Of a stretch of DNA of 64,000 bases, positions 1 to 13,057 are shown in pieces. Every line of letters starts with the position of its first letter. Positions within the stretch are counted from its first letter, which is position 1. The translations under genes were made by a program, and so were the position numbers. The notes below the pieces were generated by a model. That model did not search any database. It saw only the letters and a list, made by a program, of their open reading frames with translations, and was not told the DNA's origin. Where the stretch lies: NCBI GenBank assembly GCA_964106915.2, contig OZ066920.1, one strand, 5' to 3'. This DNA comes from Podarcis gaigeae. Its lineage: Eukaryota.

Positions 1-149
1 GAGGATGAAGCACTGACACTAATCCCACTAATGTTCAAATGTTGTTATTGATTACAGCTGCAGCCCTAAATTAGACTTGCCACATCAGACACAAACGAGC
101 CTTATTTCAGAATAAGCAATAAGGGTTGGGACCCATTTTATTTCTTTGC

Positions 150-797
150 ATTTATTTTTTTTATTAAATTTACCCACCACCCTTCATCCGAAGATCACTG
201 GGCAGTTTACAACAAGAAATACAAAATGAATAATGTGCATTGGCAACTCTTGCATCAATGGCTCTTAGCATCAATGGTTCTGCCTCACACAGGACTTTCA
301 CTGGTTTTGATTTGAAAGAGAGGTAGAGCTGGGTATCATCCGCATGTTGATGAACACCCAACCCAAACCCCCTGATGATCTCTCCCAGTGGCTGCATGTA
401 GATGTTAAAAAGCATGGGGGGGAGGACAGAACCCTGAGGCACCCCACAAGTGAGAGCCCAGGGGTCTGAGCACTCATCCGCTACCACCACTTTCTGAACA
501 CAGCCCAGGAAGAAGGAGCGGAACCACTGTATGACAGTGCCCCCAGCTCCCAGCCCCTCAAGACAGTCCAGAAGGATGTTATGGTCGATGGTATCAAAAG
601 CCGCTGAGAGATCCAGCAGAACTAGGAAACAGCTCTCACCTTTGTCCCTAGCCTGCCGGAGATCATCGACCAGCGCAACCAAGGCAGTTTCAGTCCCATG
701 ATGAGGCCTGAATCCCGACTGGAAGGGATCCAAATGGTCCGCTTCTTCCAGGTGTGACTGGAGTTGTTCAGCAACCACTCGCTCAATCACCTTGCCC
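150..797 (-). mobile_element. L2-type (L2/CR1 group) LINE fragment with reverse transcriptase domain, internally deleted
   Basis: ORF 170-895 contains LDPFQSGFRP..GTETALV, LVLLDLSAAFDTIDH, GVPQGSVL and HADDTQLY (degenerate YADD), then an L2-like 3' end with an A-rich tail near 150. Confidence 0.9.
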
Positions 798-1766
798 AAA
801 CTCTGCACATCTTTCAGTACATTGAACATGGTGGCAAAAGATGGTGAAGAGTCTCCTCCCATTGCTGTGAATGGGGCAGTTTCAGCTTGCCCCAAGTTCA
901 GCCAAAGTCCATTAACTCTGGTTCACAGCAAGTTCATGGTTTTAACAAGTCTTAAGTTCAGCTTGGCAGCCACAGAGACAGAATGTGCAGACAAGCGGAT
1001 GTGATAAGGTAAAGTTGGCACTTTCAAACACTATCTTTGCAAAATCCCAGTGTCCCTTTTTTCCTTGGCAAAAGGGCCAGACCAGAACTCCTGAGAATTC
1101 TTTCTGCATTAACCTGAATGGCAAAAAAATGTGGTGTTTTGTTCTGGACCTGTTTTATATACAACCTGTCCATTAGTCACCTAATCCATTTTTTATCACT
1201 TCATACTTCATTTTCTTCCTTTGACCTTTGAGGATTCTCGAGGAATTCTAAAACCCATTAGTATCTATGAACACTCGAAGCAAATCCATAAGTGATTGGC
1301 TAATGGTCATTGCTAATAAGCACTGAGCAGCCTGGGCCTAGTTAAAGATCCTATGTGGTTTTAATTTTTAAGTGGGGTGCAAAAGATTTCCCCCACCTTC
1401 GTTTCTCTGTTCATGATACAGACTTTTTTTTAAAAAAAATGACCCAGTGAACATAGGCAATTAAAAACATATTAAGTAATCAAAAGGCAGGATTTTCAAA
1501 GAGCAGAAATCCCATAAAGGCATTAAAAACGTGCACAGGCTAGTGAGTGTTAGGGAGGGTGTTTGCCCACAGCAGATGTTGGGTTTTGTGTGAATAACTG
1601 CCCTGGGCTTGACTCTACCTCATCATCCTCCATTACAGCAGAGCTAGCACTTCTGCCACATCTCCATACAGGTGTGACTGGATCCTTCAAGCACTCCCAA
1701 TGCACAGTGGGACTACATTCTCTCAGAGGAGTCTGTCTGTTGTCTCTCCACATGAAAACTGTTCTG

Positions 1767-2145
1767 GGTCTTGTTGGGCTGTGTATGTGATAAAGGGGAG
1801 CCATACCGGGGTGAAGGCGTCTTCTTCTATTTGTCCCCGTGTCAGTTTATTGGTTAATTTTTCTAGTAAGGCTGTTTCTCATACTATTTGGTACCATTGG
1901 TCCATGCTTACTCCTGACAGGTCTCTCCAGTGTCTGGTTATGGTGTTTCTGGCTGCTGAAAGTAGGTGAGTTATGAGTTCTTTGTGGTGTAAATGGGCAT
2001 TGTTGTCTTGGAAGATGTTTAGTACCAATAAATAAAACTGATCTGTAAAAAATGTTACGGGGGGGGGGGGAGAGAGACATTGCACATACTTTTGTAAACC
2101 AATAAAATCTTTAATAAAAATACATTAAGAAAGAGAGAGGGGGGG

Positions 2146-2197
<52 letters not shown>
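1767..2197. mobile_element. L1-clade LINE insertion with an inverted 5' portion
   Basis: Minus strand 1767-2040 encodes L1 ORF2 C-terminal-like LITHLLSAARNTITRHWRD..WYQIV*ETALLEKL. Plus strand ~2040-2130 has an AATAAA-bearing 3' end and a (GA)n tail. Flanking direct repeat gaaaactgttctg (1754-1766) / gaaacctgttctg (2198-2210). Confidence 0.7.
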
Positions 2198-2199
<2 letters not shown>

Positions 2200-3325
2200 A
2201 ACCTGTTCTGAGTTTATTCCATTCCACATTCACCAGAGTGACTGATACACAGATAAAGGCATGAGGAAAATTTCCTTAAATATATTTGAGGTAAGAGTAG
2301 AGTGCACCTCCAACGCTATTTCAGAGGGGTGGGGGCAGGAATTGTGTTTCTCAGCTGTCAAATGTGTCTATGTCAGGGTTCCCAGACCCTATGTCAGGGT
2401 TGGCCCGCAGACCACCACTGGTCCACAAGCTTCATTCAGGTGGTCCATTTTGTGTCTGAAAAAATAAAATTAAAAACCATACATACAGCACATTACAATT
2501 GCTACAAGAGGTGGAAAAAGTATTCAGTGGTCTGAAATTTTCAAGTGGTCCATGTTTGCATTTTAAAACACTGGTCTGTGTTTTACAGCAGAGGTGGGAA
2601 GATAGCCACCTCCTGGGATCTACTTTGTGAAAACTAAGGAAATATTGGGAAGATGGAATAAAGCCCTGTCCAAACGCAGCCTATAAAAGCATGGCCCAGC
2701 AGTGTATTTTCAGTTTTTTATTCTTGTGGGCTATTGTGGCTTCCTTTGCACTTTGGGTTGTTTGTTTGTTTAAAGTAAACCAGTTAACCATGTGCGAAGA
2801 CATTGAACAAAACTACAGACAGAGACAGAGAAATCAGAGAAACACTTCAAAGCTTATGCATTTACCTTTCATCCCAGGATAGTAAAACATGATGATCTTC
2901 CAATCCCCCCCTTCAAAGTGAATCTGCTCTCCTCATCGAATCTAATGGGCAGAGAAGAGCATCGGATCATAAATTCAACTTGGAATGCCATATAGAAAAT
3001 ATAAAGCTTTCTTTTTTAAAAAAACAAAAACACAAAATTAAGCAATGGACCTGTTCTAATAAATCCTTTGAGTCCCGATTCAGGGAAGTAGGAAGAAGAA
3101 TTGGTTCCTGTAACAAAGGAATGTCCAGATGGAATGTCCAGGCCATGAAAACTTGACCATTTTTGGCAATGCTTACCCACAATCAAACCTTTGCATTTTC
3201 ATAAGGATAAACAGATCTTGTCAGCAGATTAAGTGAAAAGGTAACCCCAATAAGAGAACAAACTCTGTGTGTGTGCATTTGTGTGCATTTTTTTATATTA
3301 AAAAAATAATCAGCATCTAGTTTAA

Positions 3326-3463
3326 CAGCCTTCTGCAACTTGGGACCTTCCAGATATTGTTATACTACAACTCCCATCATGCCTGACTATGGGCCATTCT
3401 GGCAAGGGCTGATGGGAATTGGAGTCCAACAGCATCTGGAGAGCACCAAGTCAGGGAAAGCTG
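3326..3463. mobile_element. Palindromic hAT-like MITE
   Basis: ccagat(g)ttg..actacaactcccatca / tgatggga(g)ttg..gtccaac..atctgg fold-back. Related copies near 7120-7615, 11575-11670, 14425-14778, 24170-24280, 25282-25419, 53430-53540 and 59242-59376. Confidence 0.7.
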
Positions 3464-3959
3464 TAGAATAGTAATATTACATTTACAAAATTATTTTTGT
3501 ACCATTTGAATGGTAGATATACAACTTATCTATTTATTTAATCATTCATTATCTGAAGCAATAAATTCAGACTCTAATGAGTCTCAGTTAAATAGTACAT
3601 TAATTTATTTATTGCATCCATATCCAATCTTTCCATCATGGAGCTCAAGGCAGCATTCATGAGCTTCCCAGGCACTGAACAGACCAAGACCTGCTTAGCT
3701 TCAGCAAGGCAGATGCATCATGTACCCTCAGACTATGAGAGAGCGCATTGGTCACATTTGGTATACTATCTGAGAACAAAGGCATTCTGTTCTCATAGTA
3801 GCCACCCACATGCCTGTGAAAAGTCTCCAAGCAGGACATGGAAGCATCTTTACTGGAGGTCCTCAAAAAACTTGTAGCTAGCACTGTCTTCTTCAGAGCA
3901 TGAAATTGATAATATGAAGAAACAAACACACAGTCTGGCCCGCCACAAGGTCTGAGGGC

Positions 3960-4090
3960 AGCCCTGTTTAGGGAAGCTTTTAATGTTTAATAGGTTATTG
4001 TATTTTAATATTCCATTGGAAGCCGCCCAGAGTGGCTGGAGAAACCCAGCCAGATGAGTGGGGTATAAATAATAAAATATTATTATTATG
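3960..4090 (+). mobile_element. L2 LINE 3' end
   Basis: ggaagccgcccagagtggctgg..cccagccagatg..gggtataaataataa tail, the same terminus as the L2 at 23436-23895. Confidence 0.75.
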
Positions 4091-4849
4091 AGGGGCGGTG
4101 AAGCAGCACCCTCCTAAAAAACTTGCTGACCCCTGGCCAATATCACATCCTCAGTCTATGCAGCTGGGTCCATGCTTAAGAATATTAGTCACTGGTGGGA
4201 AAATGAACCTTGTTTGCTTGTACTGGGAAGGTTATAGTTTATTAAACAAATAGAATTGGGTTCACAAATGGATGGCATTCCGAAATATGGAAGTCAGTGT
4301 CTCAGTTTCCTGGTAAGAAGCAAGAATTATTTCTCCACTTGTAATGATTTCTTTGCTTAACTGCTAGCTGGAAACCAAAATGAAGACGACATTGACAAGT
4401 GTGTTTCTCCTTATGTTGTAGTACAAGATGCCAGGTTTCTAAGTTGGAGTCTTAAGAAGTCTTCCTCCCAAATGTTAGTCTGATTTCTCTATAACAGCGT
4501 TTGGCAACTTTTTCTGTCAGTGTATTATTTTATTTTAAGAAGACACACTTTCTGGCAATAAAAAGATGATAGCAACTAATATAATTGAGCCTGCAGAACA
4601 ATCTCTAAGTAGAAATTGGTCTCCCAGTAGAACAAGCATAAAATTGTTCATTACAGTGTTCTCCAGGAATAATAGCAACAGTTCCCCCAAAAAATGTATT
4701 ATAAATGCACATTCCCAGAATTAATGATAAACCAAGCCAGATGTTCTTCGATGGTTGACTTAAGAGCGAGAAGCCAAACTAAATGGCCAACCACTGGAAG
4801 CCTTCAAATGTGTGTGTGAGGTTGTGCAGTAGACCCAAGACTACCTACG

Positions 4850-5135
4850 TAATTTGCACTTTCTGAAGCAATACACAACTTGAAGCGCAGCCATCCTTTG
4901 AAATTCATACGTCTCCAAATTTTGCAATGCAATTCTCCAGCCAAGTAATGCATATATCAGTTAAGATAACCTACAAAAATGTGAATATTGAGCAAAATTG
5001 CACACTAAAATGCTGGTTAATTTTCATGCAAACCTCTTTAAAAATAAATCAAGATGTGGAAATGTGGGGAGCTGAATTTATGACAGGGAAAAAAAAGAAA
5101 CAGAGAGAATCCGAAACTGACAGATTCACCCATTG
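4850..5135 (+). repeat. Old dispersed repeat, family unassigned
   Basis: Diverged collinear similarity to 11170-11545 (gcacttctgaa.caat...catcct.tgaaattc...gagaa..gaaac.ga..gatt.a.ccat). Confidence 0.55.
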
Positions 5136-5489
5136 ATAGCATCAATATGCATCCTCAGGTGTTCCAGAACTCTTTGTGCTTTCAGACTCACCAGAGAGAA
5201 TTTTTTTAAAAAAATTAAGACTCCCTTTGAGTTAGCACAAGATGGTGTTGGCTACAATCCAGGTAGACTAAATCTCACTTTTATCCCACTGAAATCAGAT
5301 AAATAAATTTATGGTTTAATGGATTTTTAGTCTGGCTGACTTTGGCTTTATCCATGTCAGCCATTATGCTTTACGGGGCCAGCCAACCCATGAGGCAAGG
5401 TGAGGCAACTGCCTCAGGTGGCAGGATACACAGGGGCATTAAATCCAGCCTCCAAGAACAGGCAGATCATACTCATTGAAACTCACTCC

Positions 5490-5860
5490 ATGAATTTTTT
5501 TCAAACCTCTTTTAAAGCCATCCAAGTTGTTAGCCATCATCTCCTGCAGGAGTGAGTTCCATAGTTGAACTGTATGTTCGTGTGTATAAGTTCTACCTTT
5601 TATCTGTGCCGAATCTTTCAGTATTCAGGATGCCCATGAGTTCTAGTGTTAAGAAAGTGAAAGAAAAGCTTTTATCTATCCACTTTCTCCATTCCATACA
5701 TAATTATATAATATAGATGGCCATCTGTCATGGATACTTTAGCTGAGATTCCTGCATTTCAGAGGGTTGGACTAGATGACCCTTGGGTCCGTCCCGACTC
5801 TAAGATTCTATGATTCTACTATTCGTTCATGTCTCCTCTTACTTGCATTTTCTCTAAACC
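5490..5860. mobile_element. CR1 LINE fragments
   Basis: CR1 3' terminus gggttggactagatgacc...attctatgattcta at ~5716-5820 (+), embedded in an older antisense CR1-like fragment. Confidence 0.7.
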
Positions 5861-6218
5861 AAAACTGCTGCAAACCCCAAAGGCACTTTTGCATCCAACC
5901 CATTATAAATCAAGTGTCCATAACGAAAAGGGTGAAGTGACATGAGCTCTAAGGGCTGAGCTCTAAGATGGCACCCCACCCATAAACAAATGGCAACAGC
6001 TGTCATGCGGCACAGTGAAAATGCTCATGCAGCATTGAAACCACCTCTCAGTGAAGTGCCATCTATTTATTTCTGTGATTTATGTGCTGCCTTTCAGAGG
6101 TGGCTTACATCCAACTATATAACAAATCAATGAAACCACAACTTAATGCTGAAACATCCTAACATAAAAATGGCGGCTGTGAAACATATTGCAGAGAAAT
6201 GTGTATTAGCAGCAGCTG

Positions 6219-6292
6219 CTTCTTCTTCTTCTTCTTCTTCTTCTTCTTCTTCTTCTTCTTCTTCTTCTTCTTCTTCTTTTTCTTCTTCTTCT
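6219..6292. repeat. (TTC)n microsatellite
   Basis: About 24 trinucleotide units; explains the poly-E/S/K/F ORFs in the track. Confidence 0.97.
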
Positions 6293-6379
6293 TTGAGAGG
6301 GGAAGACAAGACATTTTCCATATCCTCTTAAAAGCTAGCCAAGTGGAGCCCATCCGTATCCTCGAGATGAGCATCAGAA

Positions 6380-6684
6380 ACATGGTTGGTGATGACATGA
6401 GAGAGAGAGCATTTTCTGTGTCTGCTTCCAGATTGTGGAATTCCCTTCCAAGACAAGTTATAGACTGTCTCCCTTTTTGCCTGTTCGGACAGGCCTTTGG
6501 AAAATAAGGTGCAGGCAGCACTAGGTTGTTACTAGTTTTTACATTTGTTGCAATGTATTTCACTGATTGTCCTTACCTGGTTTGTTTTTATTATTCTACA
6601 CTGATGTTTTTAAACGTTGAAAGCCATCTTGAATCCCAGCTTGGGGGAAAGGGTAGGATAGAAATAGATTAAATAAATAAACAA
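6380..6684 (+). mobile_element. Old L2 3' fragment
   Basis: RERAFSVSASRLWNSLP, typical of the L2 ORF2 C-terminus, followed by an A-rich tail. Confidence 0.7.
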
Positions 6685-7161
6685 ATGCCTCCTAAGAAAT
6701 ATCCTGTCTGTCTCGTGCCCACAAATCTCATCAATCTCAATGGCAGGGCCGCAAACATCTCCAGAGCTGATCTCAAGGCCAGGGTAGATTCATATGTGCA
6801 CATGATCCTTCAGATAATCTGGTTTCAAACTGTTTCAGGGGCTGCTCCCATGACCTATTTATTGGGCATTTGCCCTAATTTGCTAACATGGAAGCTATAC
6901 CACCCCTGATCTTTATTGAGCATATGCTCCAATGTCTTTGCAGGGTGGTTATATGACAAAGAACACCTGTCCCATATTTTTTTGTATTTGCTTCTGGGGT
7001 GCTTATACACCTTGCCATTAATCATTCATTCCTCTCACATTTTTCAATGTGTTTCCCCATCACTTTCCTAACTGCAAATAGCCTTATTTTCCCCCCAAAG
7101 TGAACTTGTTGTTCTAGGGCAGGGGTGGTGAACATTTGTGGCCCTCTAGGTGTTGCTGGAT

Positions 7162-7510
7162 GGGGACACGGGTGGCGCTGTGGGTTAAACCACAGAGCCT
7201 AGGACTTGCTGATCAGAAGGTCGGCGGTTCAAATCCCCGCGACGGGGTGAGCTCCCGTTGCTTGGTCCCTGCTCCTGCCAACCTAGCAGTTGGAAAGCAC
7301 ATCAAAGTAGATAAATAGGTACCACTCCAGTGGGAAGGTAAACGGCATTTCCGTGCGCTGCTCTGGTTCGCCAGAAGCGGTTTAGTCATGCTGGCCACAT
7401 GACCTGGAAGCTATACGCCGGCTCCCTCATCCAATAAAGCGAGATGAGTGTCGCAACCCCAGAGTCAGCCATGACTGGACCTAATGGTCAGGGGTTCCTT
7501 TACCTTTACC
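7162..7510 (+). mobile_element. Sauria SINE (Squam1-type), full length
   Basis: tRNA-like head (ggtggcgctgtgg A box, ggttcaaatcc B box) and (acctttt)n-like tail. 15-bp TSD ctaggtgttgctgga at 7146-7160 and 7510-7524. Inserted into a palindromic MITE. Confidence 0.92.
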
Positions 7511-8692
7511 TAGGTGTTGCTGGACTACAACTCCCATCAGCCCCAGCAAGCACTACCAATGGTCACTGATGAGAGGGGTTGTAGTTTAGGGTTCTTCCAA
7601 AGGTTCCCTACCACTATGCTAGGGAGACAGATTTCAACCCACTTTAACTGCACCAACCTGAAAATCAGGATGCCCTTGGATCCCTGTTGCAAAATAGTGG
7701 CAACCTGGAAACACCCTGGGACTTTAAAACCCGTTACCAGTACTTTAAATTGAGCCCAGATACCAGCTTAGGATGAGCATATGTCCTGCTGCACACCATT
7801 TGAAGAGCAGACCGGCCCGAGTCCAATTGAAAGATAGGGAGTCAAAAGAAGGGGAAAGTTGCTCACCCAGAGATCATACCTGTACAGCAGTCTAAGAAAC
7901 CAAACTTTCCCACTATGATGAAATGTACTGTCTTTCTATTCAAATCAGTAATCATTTCTAAGCATGCATATACAGACATATAAATTAGCACATGCACCTT
8001 TTGTGCAAACCTGTGACCTCTTTCTAGCGGGGTGAATCATTTCCTATTTTTGGTGATGCATTAAGCAGCCACTCTTGAATAGAGAACTGGTGCATCAACC
8101 TGAATGGAAGTTGCACATAAGAGGGATTGTGGTTTCCTTATTTTGGCATGAGCTGAAATACGCCAGCACGGCTCATGATGCAGAGTGCTGGACCATTTCA
8201 TTTTTTCCCCTGTCATACAAGGACTCCTCTGCTTAGTATGATTCAAGAGGATCAGCCCAATAAACAGTAGCAAGCAAAGCACGTCAGAGGACCACTTCTG
8301 AAAGGCGAAGGAAGTATGGTGGTGATTTGCCACCTACAGAACATCTTCCATGGATTGAAATGGTTTTAACTAGTCCAGACCCCTATTCGGAATGGTTACA
8401 CCACAAATATGCTTCCCTGGAACTAATAAAAATCTCATTTGTCATAGGCTTATGTAGTGGTACTCATAGTTTTACCAGAGGAGGGGTTGTGCTTTTTCAA
8501 CTTTTGGCAGACAAAGTGGACAAATCCATTAGTCAGACGCAGGCTGCTTTGGAACTTGCTCTGCTTAGTTTTATTTTATTTAACATACTATATGAAATCC
8601 TTTTTTCCATAGGGTTGATTTGGGTGAAGTTTAACTATCACAGGCAAGAAACAAATTGTCTTTATATGTGTTCACCGTACTTATTAAATACA

Positions 8693-8939
8693 CAGTGGTA
8701 CCTCGGTTCTTGAACATAATCTGTTCCGGAAGACCATTTGAGTTCTGAAACGTTTGAAAACCGAGATGCAAAGGGCTCTCTTCAAATTCAATTGAGAAAA
8801 TTGAAAAACACACAGCAGAAGCCGATCAACATCCGAGGCGTGTTTGAAAACGGAAGCATTTTCTTCTGGGTTTTTGGCGTTCAGGTTTCGAAACATTAGT
8901 CAAGGGAGACGTTCAAGAACTGAGGTACCACTACCACTG
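8693..8939. mobile_element. Tc1/mariner-type MITE
   Basis: TIR cagtggtacctc...gaggtacc(actacc)actg followed by TA. Confidence 0.8.
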
Positions 8940-8994
8940 TACACTCAATCTGCGTAGTAACATGTATTCCCCACAATATTAATTAAATTTAATT

Positions 8995-9480
8995 AATTTG
9001 TATACTGCCCTATATACCTTTAGATCTCAGGGTGGTTCACAACTTAAAATTACAATATAAAAACACAAAATACATAATAATTTTTTTTATAAAGACAACC
9101 CAATAACACCTCCCCCTCCCAACACATTTAAAAGGGCATCAGATGTCAATCAGCCAATGGCCTGATTAAAGAGGAACTTTTTCGCCTGGCTCCTAAAGGT
9201 ACATAATGAAGGCGCTAGCTGAACCTTCCTGAGGAAAGCATTCCACAAGCAGGGAACCGCTGCAGAAAAGGCCTGTTCTTGTGGAGGAGACACATGAAGA
9301 TGGGTCTCAGATGATGATCACAGGATCCAGGTTGGTTCATACAATTCAGCACTTTGAATTGGGCCCAGAAACTAATTGGTAGCCAGTGCAGTTGGACCAG
9401 GATCAGTGTAATATGCTCAAACCGTCTTGCCCCAGTGAGGAACCTGGCTGCTGAAGTTTCTGCACGCTCTTCAGAGACAG
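8995..9480 (-). mobile_element. Old L2 3' fragment
   Basis: cagcactttgaattgggcccagaaactaattggtagccagtg resembles the L2 at 23820-23860. Confidence 0.65.
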
Positions 9481-10660
9481 CCCTACGTAAAATGACTTCT
9501 GCGAGCTGTAGTTTGTTAAAGGCGCTGAGGGTCGTTAGGAGCTCCCTATCCCCATCCCAGAATACCTTAATCTATCCCCTCTTCACAGAGATGTCTGGGA
9601 ATTGTAGCTCTGTGAGGGGACTAGAGGTCTCCAACAACTCTCAGCACCTTTCACAAACCACGGCTCCCAGATTTCTTTGGGGAGAGGGCTGTGACTATTT
9701 ACAACAGTAGCCTTGTTCCTTAAGTGCACGGTGTAAACATGGGCTTAAGTCACGCCCATTAATTTCAGCAGGTCTACACCGAGTATGACTTACATCAGAT
9801 ACATCCCTGGCTGTTTCCTCATACTCAGGAGGGGTAGGCCTGCTGGAGACAAACGCTGCGATTTCTGCACACCATCTTAAGAGGGCCTCCCCCACTGATC
9901 CCAGTGCCCCCCATCCCACATGGGAACATGCCTCCCATTGAACTTGTGTGTATAAAGAGAGAGGTATTTTGGCCTGTATCAGATTGAAATTATACCAATA
10001 ACTGAGGTTTAGAAGGTATCATTATCAGGAGGTCTGGGCCCAAAGGATACAATTATGCCAATGTCTCAAAGGCTAAAACAATTCTGGGCCCCTTCCAGCC
10101 AGCACATATCGCTGTCAGCTCCTCAGACAGTTTACCTTTTCCCAAGCAGCTTTTCCTCGCCTTATCGTCTTGGCAGATCTAACATCCAAGTACTCCAATT
10201 ACTGCACTTAAGTACAAGCCACATTACATATACTTTACACCTCATCTTTATCTCTGCCTTTCTGGTGATGTGATATTATGCAAACCCCACTTTTCAAATT
10301 TATTTTTCTAAACACACACACACACGCATTAGAAAAGTAGAGTAGAAACTGGCTTACCCTTAAGAATCAGGTTTCCAAATAGCTTTTGATCGGAACAGCA
10401 TATCACACGGAGTCCTGACCCAACCAGTTGCAAGGTTTGCCAAAAGTATTCTTTGAGAAATAAGCAAATCCTTATGCATAACTATAGTAGAACTGCAGTG
10501 GTATAGTGGACAGAGTGTCAGGACTAGACTGGGGAGAACTGGGTTCAAATCCGTAGAGAGGGGTCACTCTTGCATTGCCTACCTACAGGACTGAGTGCAA
10601 TGCGAGAGAATGACTCCTAGGGATGCAACTCCAGGGAGGAACAGTGGGATACAAGTATCA

Positions 10661-11160
10661 TGTTGTTGTTGCTTAGTCGTGCCCAATTCTTTGTGACCCC
10701 ATGGACCAGACCACGCCAGGCACTCCTGTCTTCCACTGCCTCCCGCAGCTTGGTCAAACTCATGTTTGTAGCTTCGAGAACACTGTCCAACCATCTCGTC
10801 CTCTGTCAGCCCCTTCTCCTTGTGCCCTCCATCTTTCCCAACATCAGGGTCTTTTCCAGGGAGTCTTCTCTTCTCATGAGGTGGCCAAAGTATTAGAGCC
10901 TCAGCTTGAGGATCTGTCCTTCCCGTGAGCACTCAAGGCTGATTTCCTTCAGAATGGATAGGTTTGATCTTCTTGCAGGCCATGGGACTCTCAAGAGTCT
11001 CCTCCAGCACCATAATTCAAAAGCATCAATTCTTCGGCGATCAGCCTCCTTTATGGTCCAGCTCTCACTTCCATACATCACTACTTGGAAAACCATGGCT
11101 TTAACTATACAGACCTTTGTTGGCAAGGTGATGTCTCTGCTTTTTAAGATGCTCTCTAGG
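10661..11160 (-). mobile_element. BovB (RTE-clade) LINE, 5'-truncated 3' end
   Basis: TKVCIVKAMVFQVVMYGSESWTIKEADRRRIDAFELWCWRRLLRVPW..RRSNLSILKEI and a (CAA)n tail, typical of BovB. Confidence 0.92.
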
Positions 11161-13013
11161 TACTACCTAATTGGCACTTCTCAAACCAATGCACTGACCG
11201 AAACATAGGCATCCTTCAAAATCCTTCACATTCTGCATTACGGATCTCCAGTGAAATATTGTATACAAAAATTCATATATTGGGGAGAAACTGTGCATAA
11301 ATTGCATACATTTGTGAAAATAACATACAAAAACACATTGTAATATGGGGAAATTGGTATCAAAATGTGTAAATTCATCCATACAAAAATGTTTTTATTG
11401 GGAAAAATTCACATGGACAGACTGATGAATTTTCAAGATATTTTTTTAAAAAATGCAAATTGCTGCAGAAGTGTGGAGAACTGAGTTTAGGACTGGAAAA
11501 ATGAGAAATGGAGGGAAACCAAAATAGGCATATTAATCCATCCCTGAATTAGATGCACTTCAAAGGGGAAGTCATTCCAGAGGCATGAACTCCCATCATG
11601 CCTGACCATTGGCTATGCTGGCTGAGGCTGATGGGAGTTGGAGTCCAACCTCTGGAAAGCCAAAGATATCCTCTTAATGCACCCCATTTTGATAGGAGTC
11701 TATCTCTCACGCACACCCCACCTCCAGAGTGATTGCAATATCAGTGAATCCCCTTCTAATACTAGTTATCTGCAGTCTCTGTGGCCAACACACAGCTGAC
11801 TTTTCACTCAGCTTGCACCGTTCATGCCAATTATGGCTTCAATTACATTTTAAAATAGCATTTGATAAGCATTGGCTTAACTCTCTCTCTCCCTTAGTCC
11901 CACACCATCAAACAGAAGGGGGCCAGTTTCTGGAAAATTCATGCTGAAGTCTCACCGGCAAGGTTACCGAGGTCATGACCTTTCATGTGAAACCTCCCCA
12001 AAGGTTATGCTTTGCATCACCAAAGCCATGAACATGACAAGCCGAACCCTTGTTTGTGGTCCCCCACCCCACCCCACCTTTCCATTTAAGTCTCCTTAAG
12101 GCACAGCCTGTAGCTTGTAACATTAATCACTGATTGGAAGTTTACATAAATTTAGAAGTCGTAATCTAAAACCTGTCCCAAATTAGAAAAATGTGATGGG
12201 GAAGTAGTTAAAGTGGAGGTGGAATTCTTCTGATTACACTATTTATCAGGTAACATTTCAAATAATTAAACTGCGTTGTGAGGAGAATCGGGAGGAGGAT
12301 AGTTATAGGCCAGGATGGTGGTTGTGTTTGATTTTGTATTTAATCTCCAAGCTATGGAAACACTATTGGGACTTGATACATCACATATACAAGCAGATTA
12401 AAAGGGGGTGGAAGGTAAACCAAGGTAGACCACACTAGGTCAAAGAGACATCTGGCAAGGGTGTTTTTTTTTTAAGTGTTTTGGTAACTTTGAAAGGAAA
12501 ATGGCATACATCTGATCAAGGGTTGCACAGAAAGTGAGCAGCGAGTTAACTCCATCTTATCTGGAGAGACAGGGACTTTATATCAGATCTACAAAAAGCC
12601 TTTCTGGAATAGGTTCAAGACTCCTGGCTACACTTAACAATCATTTCTTTTACATCAGGTGCCTTTTAACAGCATTAAGGAATAAATACAGAAATCCAAT
12701 ATTGAATAGGGGTTTCCTCTGCCTGCCAGTCATTCTAACATGTTCTGCTTGGATTTAATCTTTTTTAAAACATATTACTATTTATGTAGCACAATTTACT
12801 GCACACTAAGGCTGGAGACAAAACGATTGCTTTTTAGGGAGAGTTGAAAATGGCACGATAGGAGCATTTTTTGTCCATAGAACATAAATATGTTTTGGTG
12901 TTCCACTATGATCTCTCGTCTTTTCTTTTTGTGAGAAGGACCATGGATCAGTGGCAGAGCACATTTTTAAATGCAGAAAATTCCATACACTGCTCAGGGC
13001 ATCTACAGTTGCT

Positions 13014-13014
<1 letters not shown>

Positions 13015-13057
<43 letters not shown>
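13015..13057. repeat. (TTA)n microsatellite
   Basis: Direct observation. Confidence 0.95.

Noticed and set aside
170-895. 241-aa reverse transcriptase ORF as a host gene or retron-like system
   Set aside because: It is a truncated L2-type LINE with YADD mutated to HADD, and its N-terminus is read from unrelated flank.
6127-6563. Poly-E/K/S/F ORFs
   Set aside because: Translations of a (TTC)n microsatellite.
7162-7260. tRNA genes suggested by A/B boxes (also near 16570, 24913 and 40395)
   Set aside because: These are tRNA-derived SINE heads with SINE bodies and tails.
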